From Ramazzottius varieornatus (Eukaryota > Animalia > Tardigrada), in NCBI GenBank assembly GCA_001949185.1, contig BDGG01000001.1:8155067-8219066 (forward strand): a stretch of DNA of 64,000 bases, in the 5' to 3' direction. A program made the position numbers and the translations under genes. Below the pieces are notes generated by a model that was not told the DNA's origin, did not search any database, and saw nothing but the letters and a program-made list of their open reading frames with translations. Each line of letters opens with the position of its first letter. The stretch's first letter is position 1. Below, one piece after another: positions 24,946 through 37,789 of this stretch.

Positions 24946-26719
24946 ATGGCGGATCCTATGGATGCCAGCACTTCGAAAGCTCCAGAAAAGTAAGTCGGCC
25001 AACCGCACGTTCAAATGGCTGGAATCAAATAAATTCTCGAGACGTTTAGGCTCCTGTTCAGGGTTCCACTGATCAAGAAAGAAAAGATGACGGAGGAGGA
25101 GCATTCGGAAGAAATCGAAAAGGCGATATGGCGAATGCATCGACGAGGCGACGACGTCAAAAGAATAATGGCCAACCTGAAATTCTGCGAGTTGATTGTC
25201 TCCAGAAAATACATCAACATGGCCATCAAACGAGTGACGGTTCAAATGAAAGATTACATGCAGACCGATTCTCCTCCCGCTGTGGAAGAACTGGATGAAG
25301 GCATGGACGATTCACCGAAAACAATTGATGCAGAAATGACCGAGCACACCTCGAAGATCGAAAACGGGATCGATGAAGAGAAAGAAACCCAACTGGAAGT
25401 GGAGGACGAATCTATAGGAGATGCGCCTGCTGAGAGAGACGAGGAGGAACCTAAGAAGTCTCGAAGGATAAAGACGACAAATGAGCTGGTTGAGAAGCTC
25501 CAAGAGGACTTTCGGTTGTACCCTGACACCAAAGTAAAAATCCGAGCTGCAAAGTTTGGTATCGCCGTGGGGACACTGTGTCAAATCAAGCATAACATCC
25601 TCAAGATGCCGAAAGAGTCGGGCAGGACGTGGAAGTCGACACCACAGATGGTCGAAGGAATAGCTTGCCACATGCGAGACTTCCCGGAAATGAAGGTGAA
25701 GGATAGAGCGAAGAAGTTCGGGATCAGTGTGGGGACGTTGTGTCGCATCATGCACGATATCCTGGAGCTGCCTAAAAGATCGGTCACGCGAACCACACCT
25801 CGTGGTGGAGGAAAGGTGACGGGGCCCGAAGTTCCTCGGACAGTGGCACCTCCTTCCACTCTGAAGGTCACTGTGGTGAAAGAAAGAAAAGAAACAGTGG
25901 ACACCTCATCGCAGAAAAGCAGGTACTGTAGGACAATTGGACGTCGGTAAGTGATAAAATTGATTTTACCCAGATTGCCCTTTCGAGTGGCGTACGTTTC
26001 CCCCGTTATCGTCTAGACGCGTGCACCACTTAAAAAAGCGATCTTGCCAAGTCTGTGTTTTATTTTCTCAAGTGACGCACGGCACAATGCTATTGGTCGA
26101 AAGCGCGCGCCACTTAAAAAAACGATCTTGTTCGGTTTGATTGTTTTCTCAAGTGGCGCATGTTCTCATTGTTATTGATAGAGAGTCTGCACCGCTTGGG
26201 AAAACGATATGGTTGTGTTCAATAACCCAGTTTTCGTCTGGAATGATCGCCCCGGTGGTAATTTGGGCTGTATGTCAAGTGTTCGCATGTTGATACCACC
26301 GTAACGAGGGCGCATTTTGAGCGCGAGAGTTTCAGCGGGAGTGCCAAACTCATTTTTCCTGGTTGATTTGCAGGAAGCGCAAGAAGAGCGAGCCGGCGAA
26401 GAAGCCTGCACTTCTCGCCCCGGCTCGGTCACCCACGAAGAGCATCACTCAAATGTGTCAACTGCAGCTGAACGGCGAGGGAACCAGTCAGATGTTTGTC
26501 CTGACCTTCGACGCGGAAACAGCCGCGCAACTGTCGAACGAGGGCAGTGTGGGTTTGCAGATCCCCGGCAACGACGATATCGTTTGGGTGGTTAACTCGC
26601 CTTCCGCCATGAACCAGGGTAGTGAGGGCACAGTCGAGAATGTTCCTGAGACGGAACGTGAAGAAAGTCCTGTCAGAATAAGTGTGGAAGACCAGTGCTT
26701 CATCATCCCGTCACGTTGA
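24946..26719 (+). CDS. Putative DNA-binding protein with tandem Tc1/mariner-type HTH repeats
   Basis: In-frame exons 24946-24989, 25062-25922, 26374-26719; two ~47-aa repeats (P.xKVKxRAxKFGIxVGTLCxIxHxILxxPK); acidic tract; RKRKK NLS-like motif. Confidence 0.75.
25955..26225. repeat. GTGGCGCAC palindrome family, 3 tandem units
   Basis: Three AAGTGGCGCA / GCGCCACTT pairs in the HTH-gene intron. Confidence 0.8.
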
Positions 26720-27233
26720 TCATTACTGATGGTTCTTTCACGTCTACATCTTTGCTCTTGTTTTCCGTCGTAGATAGTTCCGTCAGTAAGCCGTATATTA
26801 ATGTAGTTCTTAATTTTTCCCGGCAACTAGATTACACAGTATTGGGCGATATGGTCGACTGACCGGAAGTAGAGTTACCCAGGCAGGAACGCTCCCGGAA
26901 GTCCGCGGATATAAACGATGTAGTGGTGCCAGATAAATAAAACAGAATTTCGAAAAGAAATCGTGATATTAAAGAGTGGGAAGGAGGTATTTGAAAAATC
27001 ATGCCAATCATACACTTCTCGAAGGAAACATCTAGCGAATACAATGGACACCAGAAGTAGATGGAAAAGGTGTGAAAGGCCCGGAAACAGGATCTTGTAA
27101 AAGCGGATAAACGAGCAAACTAAGCAGCGGACTTACAAATTTTCAACGTATCGAATGTCGAAAAAAGATAGTAAAAAATTAATATGCACAGAGAAAGAAT
27201 ATCCGAATTCATCTGACCAAAATAGGAAAGAGC

Positions 27234-28421
<1,188 letters not shown>

Positions 28422-28836
28422 CTTTTGCTCGTAATCCCTTCAACAAGATGAGAACCCAGCTGACCCACATGAAAAATAATACGGCATCAATCTACTCACA
28501 GTTTTTATGGTCCGATCACTGAAGAAGAGGTGATGTTTGCGATCTAATTCCTGTTCAGCAGAGGACAACAATCTTTCCCAAGATCCAGTCCGCTGCGATG
28601 CGAGGATCCGATGGTGACAGGAGATTTCGTGGAAGATGTCCGAGGTCGGAGGAAGGATGCTGTCTCTTCGGACTTTACAGAAATCAAGAGGCAATTGGCT
28701 GCTGTAAAGACAACAAATCAATAACCTCAACTGGAGTAGCAATCAACCGTAGGACACTGTGGTGAGTTGGCCAAAGCACAGTGAAACCAGCGATCGACGG
28801 CGATAGCGCTGGTAAAGATACGTTAAAATTCGATAC

Positions 28837-29480
28837 TAGTTCTGGCAACGATACGGTATACCGATATCGTATCGAAATATATCCAATCCTTGTGATAAAA
28901 TATGCGGCAGGTATCGTATCGAAAATATCGATATGAAGCTCATATCGAATAACGCACTAGATATTCGGCGATATCGTATCGCGCCATACCGATATATTAT
29001 CAATATATCGGTATTTTGCTGAATGGCAAACTCACCAGCGATATATCGTTTACGGAAGACCATGGTTGACTTCAAAGACTTGATTTTGGCCATGGTGTAC
29101 CGAGCACACTCCGCCCATTCGGTTCTGGTACTAGTTCTGTCCAGGTTTCCATGTGTTTGAAGTCTTGGTATGATCATATCCTTGCTGCATCCGACGCTTT
29201 CAATCTTACTGATACTTTATGTGGAAATCGTCTTCTTGAGTTTTTGGGCTTGAACAAGTAGAATTCCGGAAAACCAAAATTCCAGAAATATCGATATATC
29301 GCTGCGATATAATAATATCTATCGAAAATACGGTAACGGAAAAATATCGTATCGAAATGTTGATATCGAATGAATATCGAAGACCGCGATAAAATATCCG
29401 CCGATATTGTATCGAGAAATATCGATCGAANNNNNNNNNNNNNNNNNNNNNNNNNNNNNNNNNNNNNNNNNNNNNNNNNN
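28837..29480. mobile_element. Second copy of the same hAT family inserted inverted inside the first
   Basis: Starts TAGTTCTGGCAACGATACGG; TTCGATAC at 28829-28836 and again at 29481-29488 after the N gap; body is the imperfect reverse complement of 29489-30022. Confidence 0.65.
29431..29480. other. Assembly gap (50 N)
   Basis: Run of N at the centre of the large inverted repeat. Confidence 1.
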
Positions 29481-30412
29481 TTCGATACATATCGGCGGAT
29501 ATTTTATCGCGGTCTTCGATATTCATTCGATATCAACATTTCGATACGATGTTTCCGACACCGTATTTCGGATATATCGCATCATATCGCAGCGATATAT
29601 CGATATTTCTGGAATTTTAGTTTTTCGGAATTCCACTGGTCCAAGCCCCAAAAACTCAAGAATCTGATTTCCACATTAAGTATTAGTAAGATCGAGAGCG
29701 TCGGATGCAGCAAAGGCATGACTATAACCAGGACTTCAAACGCATGGAAACCTGGACAGAACTAGTACCAGAACCGAATGGGCGGCGTTTGCTCGGTACA
29801 CCATGGCCAAGATCAAGTCTCTGAAATCAACCATGGTCTTCCGTAAACGAGATATCACTGGCGAGTTTGCCATTCAGCAAAATACCGATATATCGAATAT
29901 ATATCGATATGCTGCGATACGATATCGCCGAATATTTTGATGCATTATTCGATACGAGTTTCATATCGATATATTTCGATACGATATCGGTAATTCGCTA
30001 TACCGTATCGTTGCCAGCACTAGACGGCGACAATGGGTGATTTTGCGAGAGCTCGGCCTAAATGGCTGGCCTTCCAGCGGAGCTTTTGAATGAATCATAG
30101 ACCGCTTGAGTCATCGTAGAAAGCTGTTCAGGCATTCTAAAGCCCTAAAATTGGGAAAATTATAGCAAGCCTGAGCCTCTGGCGGAAAGATCAAAGGATG
30201 GGAACCAAGGTTCATTCACATCTGACGTAATAAAAAGCCAAAACCGGTTGCCACGTCCATTGACCAATAGACAGAAAAAACTGGACAATAAACCAGCTGC
30301 GATTGAGCGGCTTACCTCTTAATGCCAGTGGCTAGTATCGGTGGTCAAACATAGCAAAACCAGGAGCCGACGCTTAGTGCTCAACCTAGAAAGACCAATG
30401 ATCAACCACTAG

Positions 30413-30460
30413 TGGTTAATCTACCAAGATCAATGGTTAATCTACCAAGATCAATGGTCA
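30413..30460 (+). repeat. 21-bp tandem duplication
   Basis: TGGTTAATCTACCAAGATCAA x2 plus a partial copy. Confidence 0.8.
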
Positions 30461-31588
30461 ACCACTAGTAGTCAACCAACCTACCCACTCACCCTGGCGA
30501 TTTTACCATTGCACGATCATCTACTTTCCTGCCTAGTTACCCAGCCGCGTTGTTGCCGATCGCGCAGCAGGCAGCACGAGTTACCTCATACCCTGTCGGT
30601 CCTACCATTGTCCGACCGGCAGGGTCCTGAGAGTGATCAATTCTTTGTTGATCAACTAGCTGTTTGCGCCAGTTGATTCGTACGAATTGGATCGATCAGA
30701 CACAAAGTCATGGTTGAGCAAAAACTAGAAAGATGGAAAAAACCAGAAAAAAAATCATCCTGAAAAAAGGATTGTGCTTTCTGGAGCTCGAGCTTCCTCT
30801 GATGAGTTTGCGATTCAGAGTCCCCTTGGGTATACGCAGCCTAATATCGCGATTTACGCAAATGTCGTTTACGAGCTACTACAATACAAGTTGCGATAGA
30901 AATCTATCATGACGCTTTTTGGAAATTACGGAACGCTTTTTGGAAATTACGAAGATCTTGATTGGTGGTCTAACTGCGAGAGCCGGGCTGTACTTGATGG
31001 TGTGAAGCCGATCTGTGTTTTCGATAATTCGCTGCGTAAATCACCCGTCGATTGCTGAGTGAAACCACTCAAACCAGGCCAGTGACTGTTTGGCACGCTA
31101 CTCGGTAAGACGACTAGTTGACCTGCAAAAATGATCGCAACTGGAATCGAATCCTGGATCTGCGCGCGAACCCCAGCTTCGTCGAGACTGGCTTGAATGG
31201 CAAAATTAATTCTGCTGACAAAAACGCTTCCCGTCCTTGATCTGGTCGGTCAGACTGAATGTTCGGCTTGCGCAGTGCGTTTCAATTCCATCGGCAGCGT
31301 CCTTCAATCTTCGAAGTTATCCACTTCCTTCAACCGTTCAACGCCATTTACAGATCATGAGTCGCAAGATTTTATAGTTCTTCTTTTACGATCATCGCGT
31401 TTCACAGCTGTTGTAGATCGAAGTAGACGAAGCTGTGCCGGGCTCTTTATGGACAGCTCGAGCTGAATCGACACGTGCGCCAAACGACGAGGTAAGTCAT
31501 TCAGCTCTGTTCCCGGTAATCCTACAAGATCTTGTTTTCACGTGATCTATAGATGCTGTTGCATTTGAAGGATCTGGTCGAGTGCAAC

Positions 31589-32923
31589 ATGTCGGAGAAT
31601 GGTTCTGCTCAGGAGAAGTCGCAAAAGAGTGCGAAATCAACGCCGAAGCCTAAGCCGAAGGATCCACTTCTGGAGAAACGGTAATAAGGATTCCTCTGTT
31701 TTCCGCGACAGGCTTCAAGCGAACTATTTATGTATTCTCTCCAGGAAACAGGAACTGAAGCAGTGTGCTGATGAACGCGTGGCTGCCGAGAAGAGGGCTT
31801 ATCAGACAGTGCTGGCGCTAATCGAGAATCCCGTCTCGGAAGATGCTCTCCAACAAGCCGTAAGTCAATCAACCAAATCAGTCCATTCGTTTGCGAATGG
31901 CGCACCCTTGCAGTCTTACTGCTTGGAAGCATGCGCCACCTGAAGTGGAATTAATTTGGTTTGGTATGAGATTCGCTTTGTTTTTCTGCAGCTCGTTGAA
32001 TACCTTCTGCCTTGTTCTCACAGGCCAAATACATCGACCCAGGTCACTACAACGACGTGACTGAAGAACGAGCTTTAGAGAAGCTCTGTGGCTACCCGCT
32101 CTGCAGTAACAGCATCGTGGGCAGCAACTCGAAAAAAGTCACTTCTCCAGTCAGCCGCAACGCTCACTTCCGCATCGACTGCTTCTCAAACAAAGTGTAC
32201 GACGTAACGGAACGGAAGGTAAGAATTAGAACTTCGTTGTAAATTTAGCCTCCGTTCGACATTGCGCATGATTATTCTCTCAGCTCACTTCGAAAATGAT
32301 ATGAGAACAAACTTTCCATTGTATGAGGCAAATTCCAACCGGAGGCAAAATTGTTCAGTCGACTTTTCGTTTCCTTCTCTGATATTTCGAATCTTGTAGA
32401 AATACTGTAGCGGAAAATGCTACGGAGCTTCCATCTTCTACCAAAAGCAGCTTTCTACCACACCAGTCTGGCTGAGGAAAGGTGAAAAGCTCGACGAGGT
32501 CGAACTCATTCCTCTGGACAAAATTAGGTGAGAAAACTTTTTCAAGTACTGAGACTTAGGCAAACAGAGTAGACAAGTTCGTCTTTCTAAGTAGAGCGCT
32601 CTTCGGTCAGTAACACTGTAAACGTAGGCCTCTTGGGAAAACAAACAAACTCGGCAAGATCATTCCTCCAAGTGGCGCACGCTTCCAGCTAGTAGCTTCG
32701 GAGATATGCGTCACTTGGGAAACCAGACTTGCCGAGATTACCCACCTTACGTTTAGCTTCACTGGGGATATGCGAGAGGGGAAATACTTCAGGTTTGTTT
32801 TCCAGAGGAGTGCCCGGACTTCCAGTTAGCATAGACGACCCAGTGCAGACTGCCCTGCTGGACGAAGTCAAAGCGATGAAGTTGGGTGAGAGTGAAAGAG
32901 AAACTATCCATTCTGACAAGTGA
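31589..32923 (+). CDS. RPAP2: RNA polymerase II CTD phosphatase RPAP2/Rtr1 (short form)
   Basis: 5 exons; YNDVTEER..LCGYPLC..NKVYDVTERK/KYCSGKCYGAS..PVWLR zinc motif. Confidence 0.88.
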
Positions 32924-33197
32924 TGTATGGATTGCCTTCCCACATGTGCCGATGTTTAGATCCTTGCAAATTACTCTTTACTGACCTGACAGCCTAGTAC
33001 GGTCTTCCTTCTCGGTTTGCTGAAACTTTTACGAATTGTGCTTTCATTAGTCGTGATGGGCAGTAGGCTGGTCGTGATAAGTCCATTCTGGACATCCTGT
33101 TTCATTTCCAATGTGATTTCAAAGATCCTTTTGTACAGCATTCTTTTGTACTTCCTCAATGGTTTTTCTTTTTCATTGCGTCATGCAATTTGTGGTG

Positions 33198-33238
33198 TAT
33201 ATAAAACAGCAGAAAAGTCGCTTCGCGTTCGCTCATTC
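33198..33238 (+). promoter_or_regulatory. TATA box + Inr-like element of ZP gene 1
   Basis: TATATAAAA at 33198, TCATT at 33233, ATG at 33349. Confidence 0.45.
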
Positions 33239-33348
33239 GCGTTTCTATTCTCTTCGACACTCGGAAGAATCTCTTGGCTGGATTCTGAACGAACCTACCT
33301 GGTTACAACTTTCAAGAGCCGCTGGTCGGTTTCTTACGGATTTTCAGC

Positions 33349-36300
33349 ATGGCCAATTTCAAATCTGCTGTACTCAGTATCGCTGTAAGTATTTTTTCCG
33401 ATGTGGATGGCCAGACGGACAAAATTTCTCGCGTCTTTCGTCTACCGGCAAACATTGAACCGTGCATATTTTGCTGTGATGAAGTATGCAGGTGCGCGAC
33501 GGACGGACGGACGGACGAACGAAATGTCTGTCTTCTGGTTTTTCTCTCATTACCTTTCGCTGGTCAGCAGAGGCACCTTTCGGTTACCTTTTTTGTTCTC
33601 TTTCAGATATGCTTATTGTTAAGGGTGGAAGCACGAACGGAAGTCGAGATGCGGGACACTAACCACACAACACCAGTGATCGAGGGTCGCCAGTTCGGCG
33701 GGCCTGTGGGAACGCCCTTCATCAGCTACGGTCTCGGCTCGGGCAACGGTATTCCCATCCAGCAGAGCGGCAACCACCTGAACCCCTGGACAGCCGTTAC
33801 CTTCCCACCCACCTTGGATCAACCCAGGCCGATGGCTCCTCAAGCAGAGACACCGGTACCGGTCCGTCAGGACTCGATCGTGCCGACCAAGAACCACTAC
33901 AAACTGGCCGTCAGTTGCGGAAATGACTTCATGACGGTCAAGATGGACTTTGAACGACCTTTCTATGGGATCGTTTACAGCAAAGGTACGCTTGGACCAG
34001 TTTTGGAGACTATTTCCGCCAATGCCGGATACTCGCGCACTGCTACGGTGAAAAAGCCGTGCAATTTGCGCATGTTGACATGGGTGGTTCACGGTTCAGT
34101 TTTCGTTTGCAGGGTTCTTCAACAAGCCACAGTGCATTTACGTTCGAGGCGACAAGTCTTCCGCATCGTTCAACTTCACGATCAACTACAACACTTGCGG
34201 ATCGTACAACAGGAAGGCTCAAGCTCCGCTCTTTCCATCCTATATCACGACCAGCTCGACGACCACGATGCCATCGACCACGGCTTCGACGCTTCGGTGG
34301 ACCGACAGTACTACGCCTTTCTCCATCGTCCGCCAGCTCGTGCCCAGCCCCATTCCGCTGCAGCCTTCTTCCGCTCAAGGTTCCTACGACCCAAACTTGT
34401 ACTACGGACCACAAGCCGCCACTTCGCCGCCTGTTGAACCTCAACAGCAACCACAATCTTCCTCGTTCAACCAACAACCCGTCGCGGTAATTGTTTTCTT
34501 TTTCATTGGTGCGACTCAGAAAAAATTTTAAATTTCCCGAAATCAAGTTCGAATTCGGTGATAGAAAACTGAAATATTTTCTGTTGTAGCAGCAGCAGCA
34601 GCAGCTACAACCAACTTCTGCCTTCCAGGCTCCCCAACCGCACCAACTATTCTCACCAGTCCAGCAACAACAGCAATTCCAACCAGTGCAGCAGCAGTTT
34701 CAGCCGCTTCAACAACAGCTTCAGCCTCTGTACAACATCCCGCACTATCAGCTACCGACAGGTTTGTTGAACTACGCAGCTCCACTGCAGCAGAATGCAT
34801 ACGGACTGAACGGACTTGGTCTCGCATTCCCAGTTCAACAGACGCACATGTACCCGCTGAACCCCTATGGTAGTGCGGGAAGTCTGGGAGGCTTCTTGCC
34901 GACCAGTTATGGAGGGCCGATGGCACGTCCCATGGCTCGTTCCATGGACGATGACGAGGCGGCTCCAACAATCGACATGCAGTGGGTGGAGAACACCATC
35001 ATCATTCAACAGGACGAGAATGTCCAGGATGCACTGGACGATGCCAAGTCCTTGCAGTGTGAATGGAAAGAACGGTCAGTGAAATCTCAAGAAATAGTCA
35101 ACTTTCACGAACTTGGATATGCACCCAAAACAAGATTCAGAATTCGGTTATGATGAGGCAAACCTCGCGATGGAATGCCATATTTCTATAAACTGGAAAA
35201 TCCGGGACGATCAAGGAGCACCTTGGAAAAAGAACTCGACCATAAGTTTTTCCCAAGTGGCGCTCGAATTCGAAGATATTGGCTGAAGGCTTGCGCTACT
35301 TGGGAAAGCAGTCTGGTCGAGTCTGCTTGCCGAGCTCTCAAATCGCCCGAATTACGTTTCTAAACTCCTCAGTGTCACATTATCGCTGTTACATTATTTT
35401 GAACATATTGCAGGTATAACCAGAAGATCGTCACGGAAGGTTACAAAGTCGAACTCGCCGATGTGGTACGCGCTTCCTTCCCAGGTGATAATGTCGGGGC
35501 CTACATGCAGATCAAGACGGGTCTCTCGCCCTTGTCTCCTGACACCAAAGATGTGGTCAAGATAGGCAGTCCCCTCACGCTCGTCGTCGGCTTGACCAAC
35601 TCCACCGGCAACTTTGACCTGCTCGTCCACAGCTGTACGGCCACCGGTAGTGGGGCGTCACCAAGCATCCAGCTGGTCGACGAGAAGGGTTGTGTCACCC
35701 GCGACAAGTACTTCGGTCCCTTCATGCCCTTCCGTTCGGTCTCGTCGCCTTTTGGCAAGAATCGGGTCGTCTATGCCTTCTTCCAAGCCTTCAAATTCCC
35801 CGATAGTACCGAGGTTTGTGAGCCCTGATCTATTTTCAATATTTGGCGGCTTCTCTGCGTACCTGCATACAGGGTCACGTAACGATTTCGGGGGTTCCTG
35901 TGTGCAGGTTGTTGACAGTCGAGCAAAGTTGGCTTTATCTGTTGGCTACTCCTTTATTGATCCCATGTTGTTTCCACAGGTGAATCTGGAATGTTCGGTG
36001 ACGATCTGCAGGAACAGTTGTCCAGCGCAGTGTGCAGGAAGGTACAACAAGGGTGGGGAGGATTTGCTGAATAATCCTAGCGTCAAAGTGACGGCCAGCC
36101 CGCTGCAGACCTTCCAGAAGAGACCTCTGACAAGACCATTCAATGTCAACAGCACGCTGAGCCAGGGTAGGATCATTGAAGCCCTAGAACGCCGACTGTC
36201 CTCCGTCAACGGACCGCAGGAAATCAGCGTGGACAAGGCGCCGAGCAACCCGCGTTTCCTGATGTTGAGAGAAGTAGGTCCTATAGCACGAAATCACTTC

Positions 36301-37114
36301 CGAAAAGTCCACATTTAAAAGCTCGACAAACAAACTGGACGAGATTGGTTTGTAAATGGCGCACATTGTGAGTGCTATTGGCCGAAAACGTGCGCCACTT
36401 GAAAATTTCATCTTGGCTACCTTCGAAATTGGCGCATTCTTGCAAGCATGCGCCACTTGGACAAACGATCTAGATGAATTTATTTGTCGATGTTCCATCA
36501 AACTTTATTCAGTGAGATAATTTTCGTTTTAGCTGGACGATGCTTCCGCGGTTTCCAACCTGACGAGCTCCACTGTCAAGCCTCCATCGTTGTTGAAGAT
36601 GAAGCGCGAAGCTGAACTTGAGTCTTCCAAAGTCGATCTACGCCGAAGAATGACGGTAATCAACACGAGCGACGTCGAAGACCTCAACTCTGACCTCCTC
36701 CTCGGTTCCGCACCATCCGATGTCGACGCTCTTCCCGAACGCTCCCTTCTCCCCCTTCCACCTTCCCTTCCTTCCAATACCACGAACGGTACAGTGATAG
36801 GGAAGTCTGAACCTGAGCCGCTTCAGCAAGCAGCAGCTGTAGAGAAAGTGACGGAAGCTCCGGCCTTCTACGCCGTCCAAGATGGCTACCAACACGTCTG
36901 CTTGCCTCTGTTGGTGGTGATCGGAGTGGGTGTGGGAGTAGCGCTTCTGGTTCTTCTTTCTTTAATCTGTGGGTTGAGCATGTGCTGTCGATACCGAGCG
37001 TTGGTGAAGAAGCAGAAAAGAAGCTTTAACCTGTATAGTACTACCTCCTTGTATTCTGAACCGAAATCTATTGGGGCTAGTCCCACTCGAGCTCGAAACT
37101 TTACCGAACTCTAA
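33349..37114 (+). CDS. Dusky/Dusky-like family ZP-domain transmembrane protein 1
   Basis: Signal peptide MANFKSAVLSIA/ICLLLRVEA; exons ~33349-33384, 33607-33985, 34113-34486, 34590-35074, 35414-35813, 35980-36273, 36533-37114; FERPFYGIVYSKG, ENTIIIQ, GDN, IQLVDEKGCV, YAFFQAFKFPDS; C-terminal TM. Confidence 0.88.
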
Positions 37115-37789
37115 GGCCCGTTTCTTACAGTGTTCTTTTTCTAGATCGATCTTTTCAGGTATCTCTGCACCAAGTTTGTCCTTGTTGGTTCCGCGTCGCT
37201 CTCCAGTTCTTTCCTAGCTGAAGCTTTAGGCTATTAAACTGGAAAAAACCTCAAAAAATTTTCGGAATGGCCCATGCACCGTGAAACGTTTCGATGCATT
37301 AAACTTTCCGGAATTTTACAGTCCGCCGTGAAAAGCCAGCAGTCGAAAATTACATGACGTGGTCAGGTTTTGCCGTTTGGTACCTTATTGTGTCATTTGA
37401 ACAATTCCCAAAGCTCCTTAGCCTCGAGAGCCTCGCGTCGCGGAAGCCGTGCCTGCGAATGTACCGTAACACGATTCGGTTCGTGAACAGTTGAATCTTG
37501 GTTCTGGAAATAGCGGTTAGAATAACAGCCATGTCTTGATATGGATAACATGTAATTTTATGGTTGATAGTTGATACCGTAATGTATGTAATGGCCTGAT
37601 CAACAATCAAGCACTGGTCCAATGTCAGTCTTGTCTTTCTGATATAGCACCCTTTCTTCCAAAAGTTAGGACCTTTACCATCACTCTTCGACGATCTGTG
37701 GCAGCTTGGGGAATTCGCTTCCAGTACCACAGCTCGTCTGGGTAGACTGGCTGATGCGACGAGCTGGATTGTCGCTTGCATCAAACGCG

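Larger units (their letters stand above)
28804..30022. mobile_element. Non-autonomous hAT-type element (outer copy)
   Basis: 8-bp TSD GACGGCGA at 28796-28803 and 30023-30030; termini TAGCGCTGG / CCAGCACTA; CGATAT/GATATC-rich subterminal repeats. Confidence 0.8.

Noticed and set aside
29206-29765. ORFs spanning the N gap
   Set aside because: Artefacts of GATATC-rich repeats and Ns.
31125-31200. B-box-like GGATTCGATTCC plus T-run on the minus strand
   Set aside because: No A box or cloverleaf could be built; not called as tRNA.
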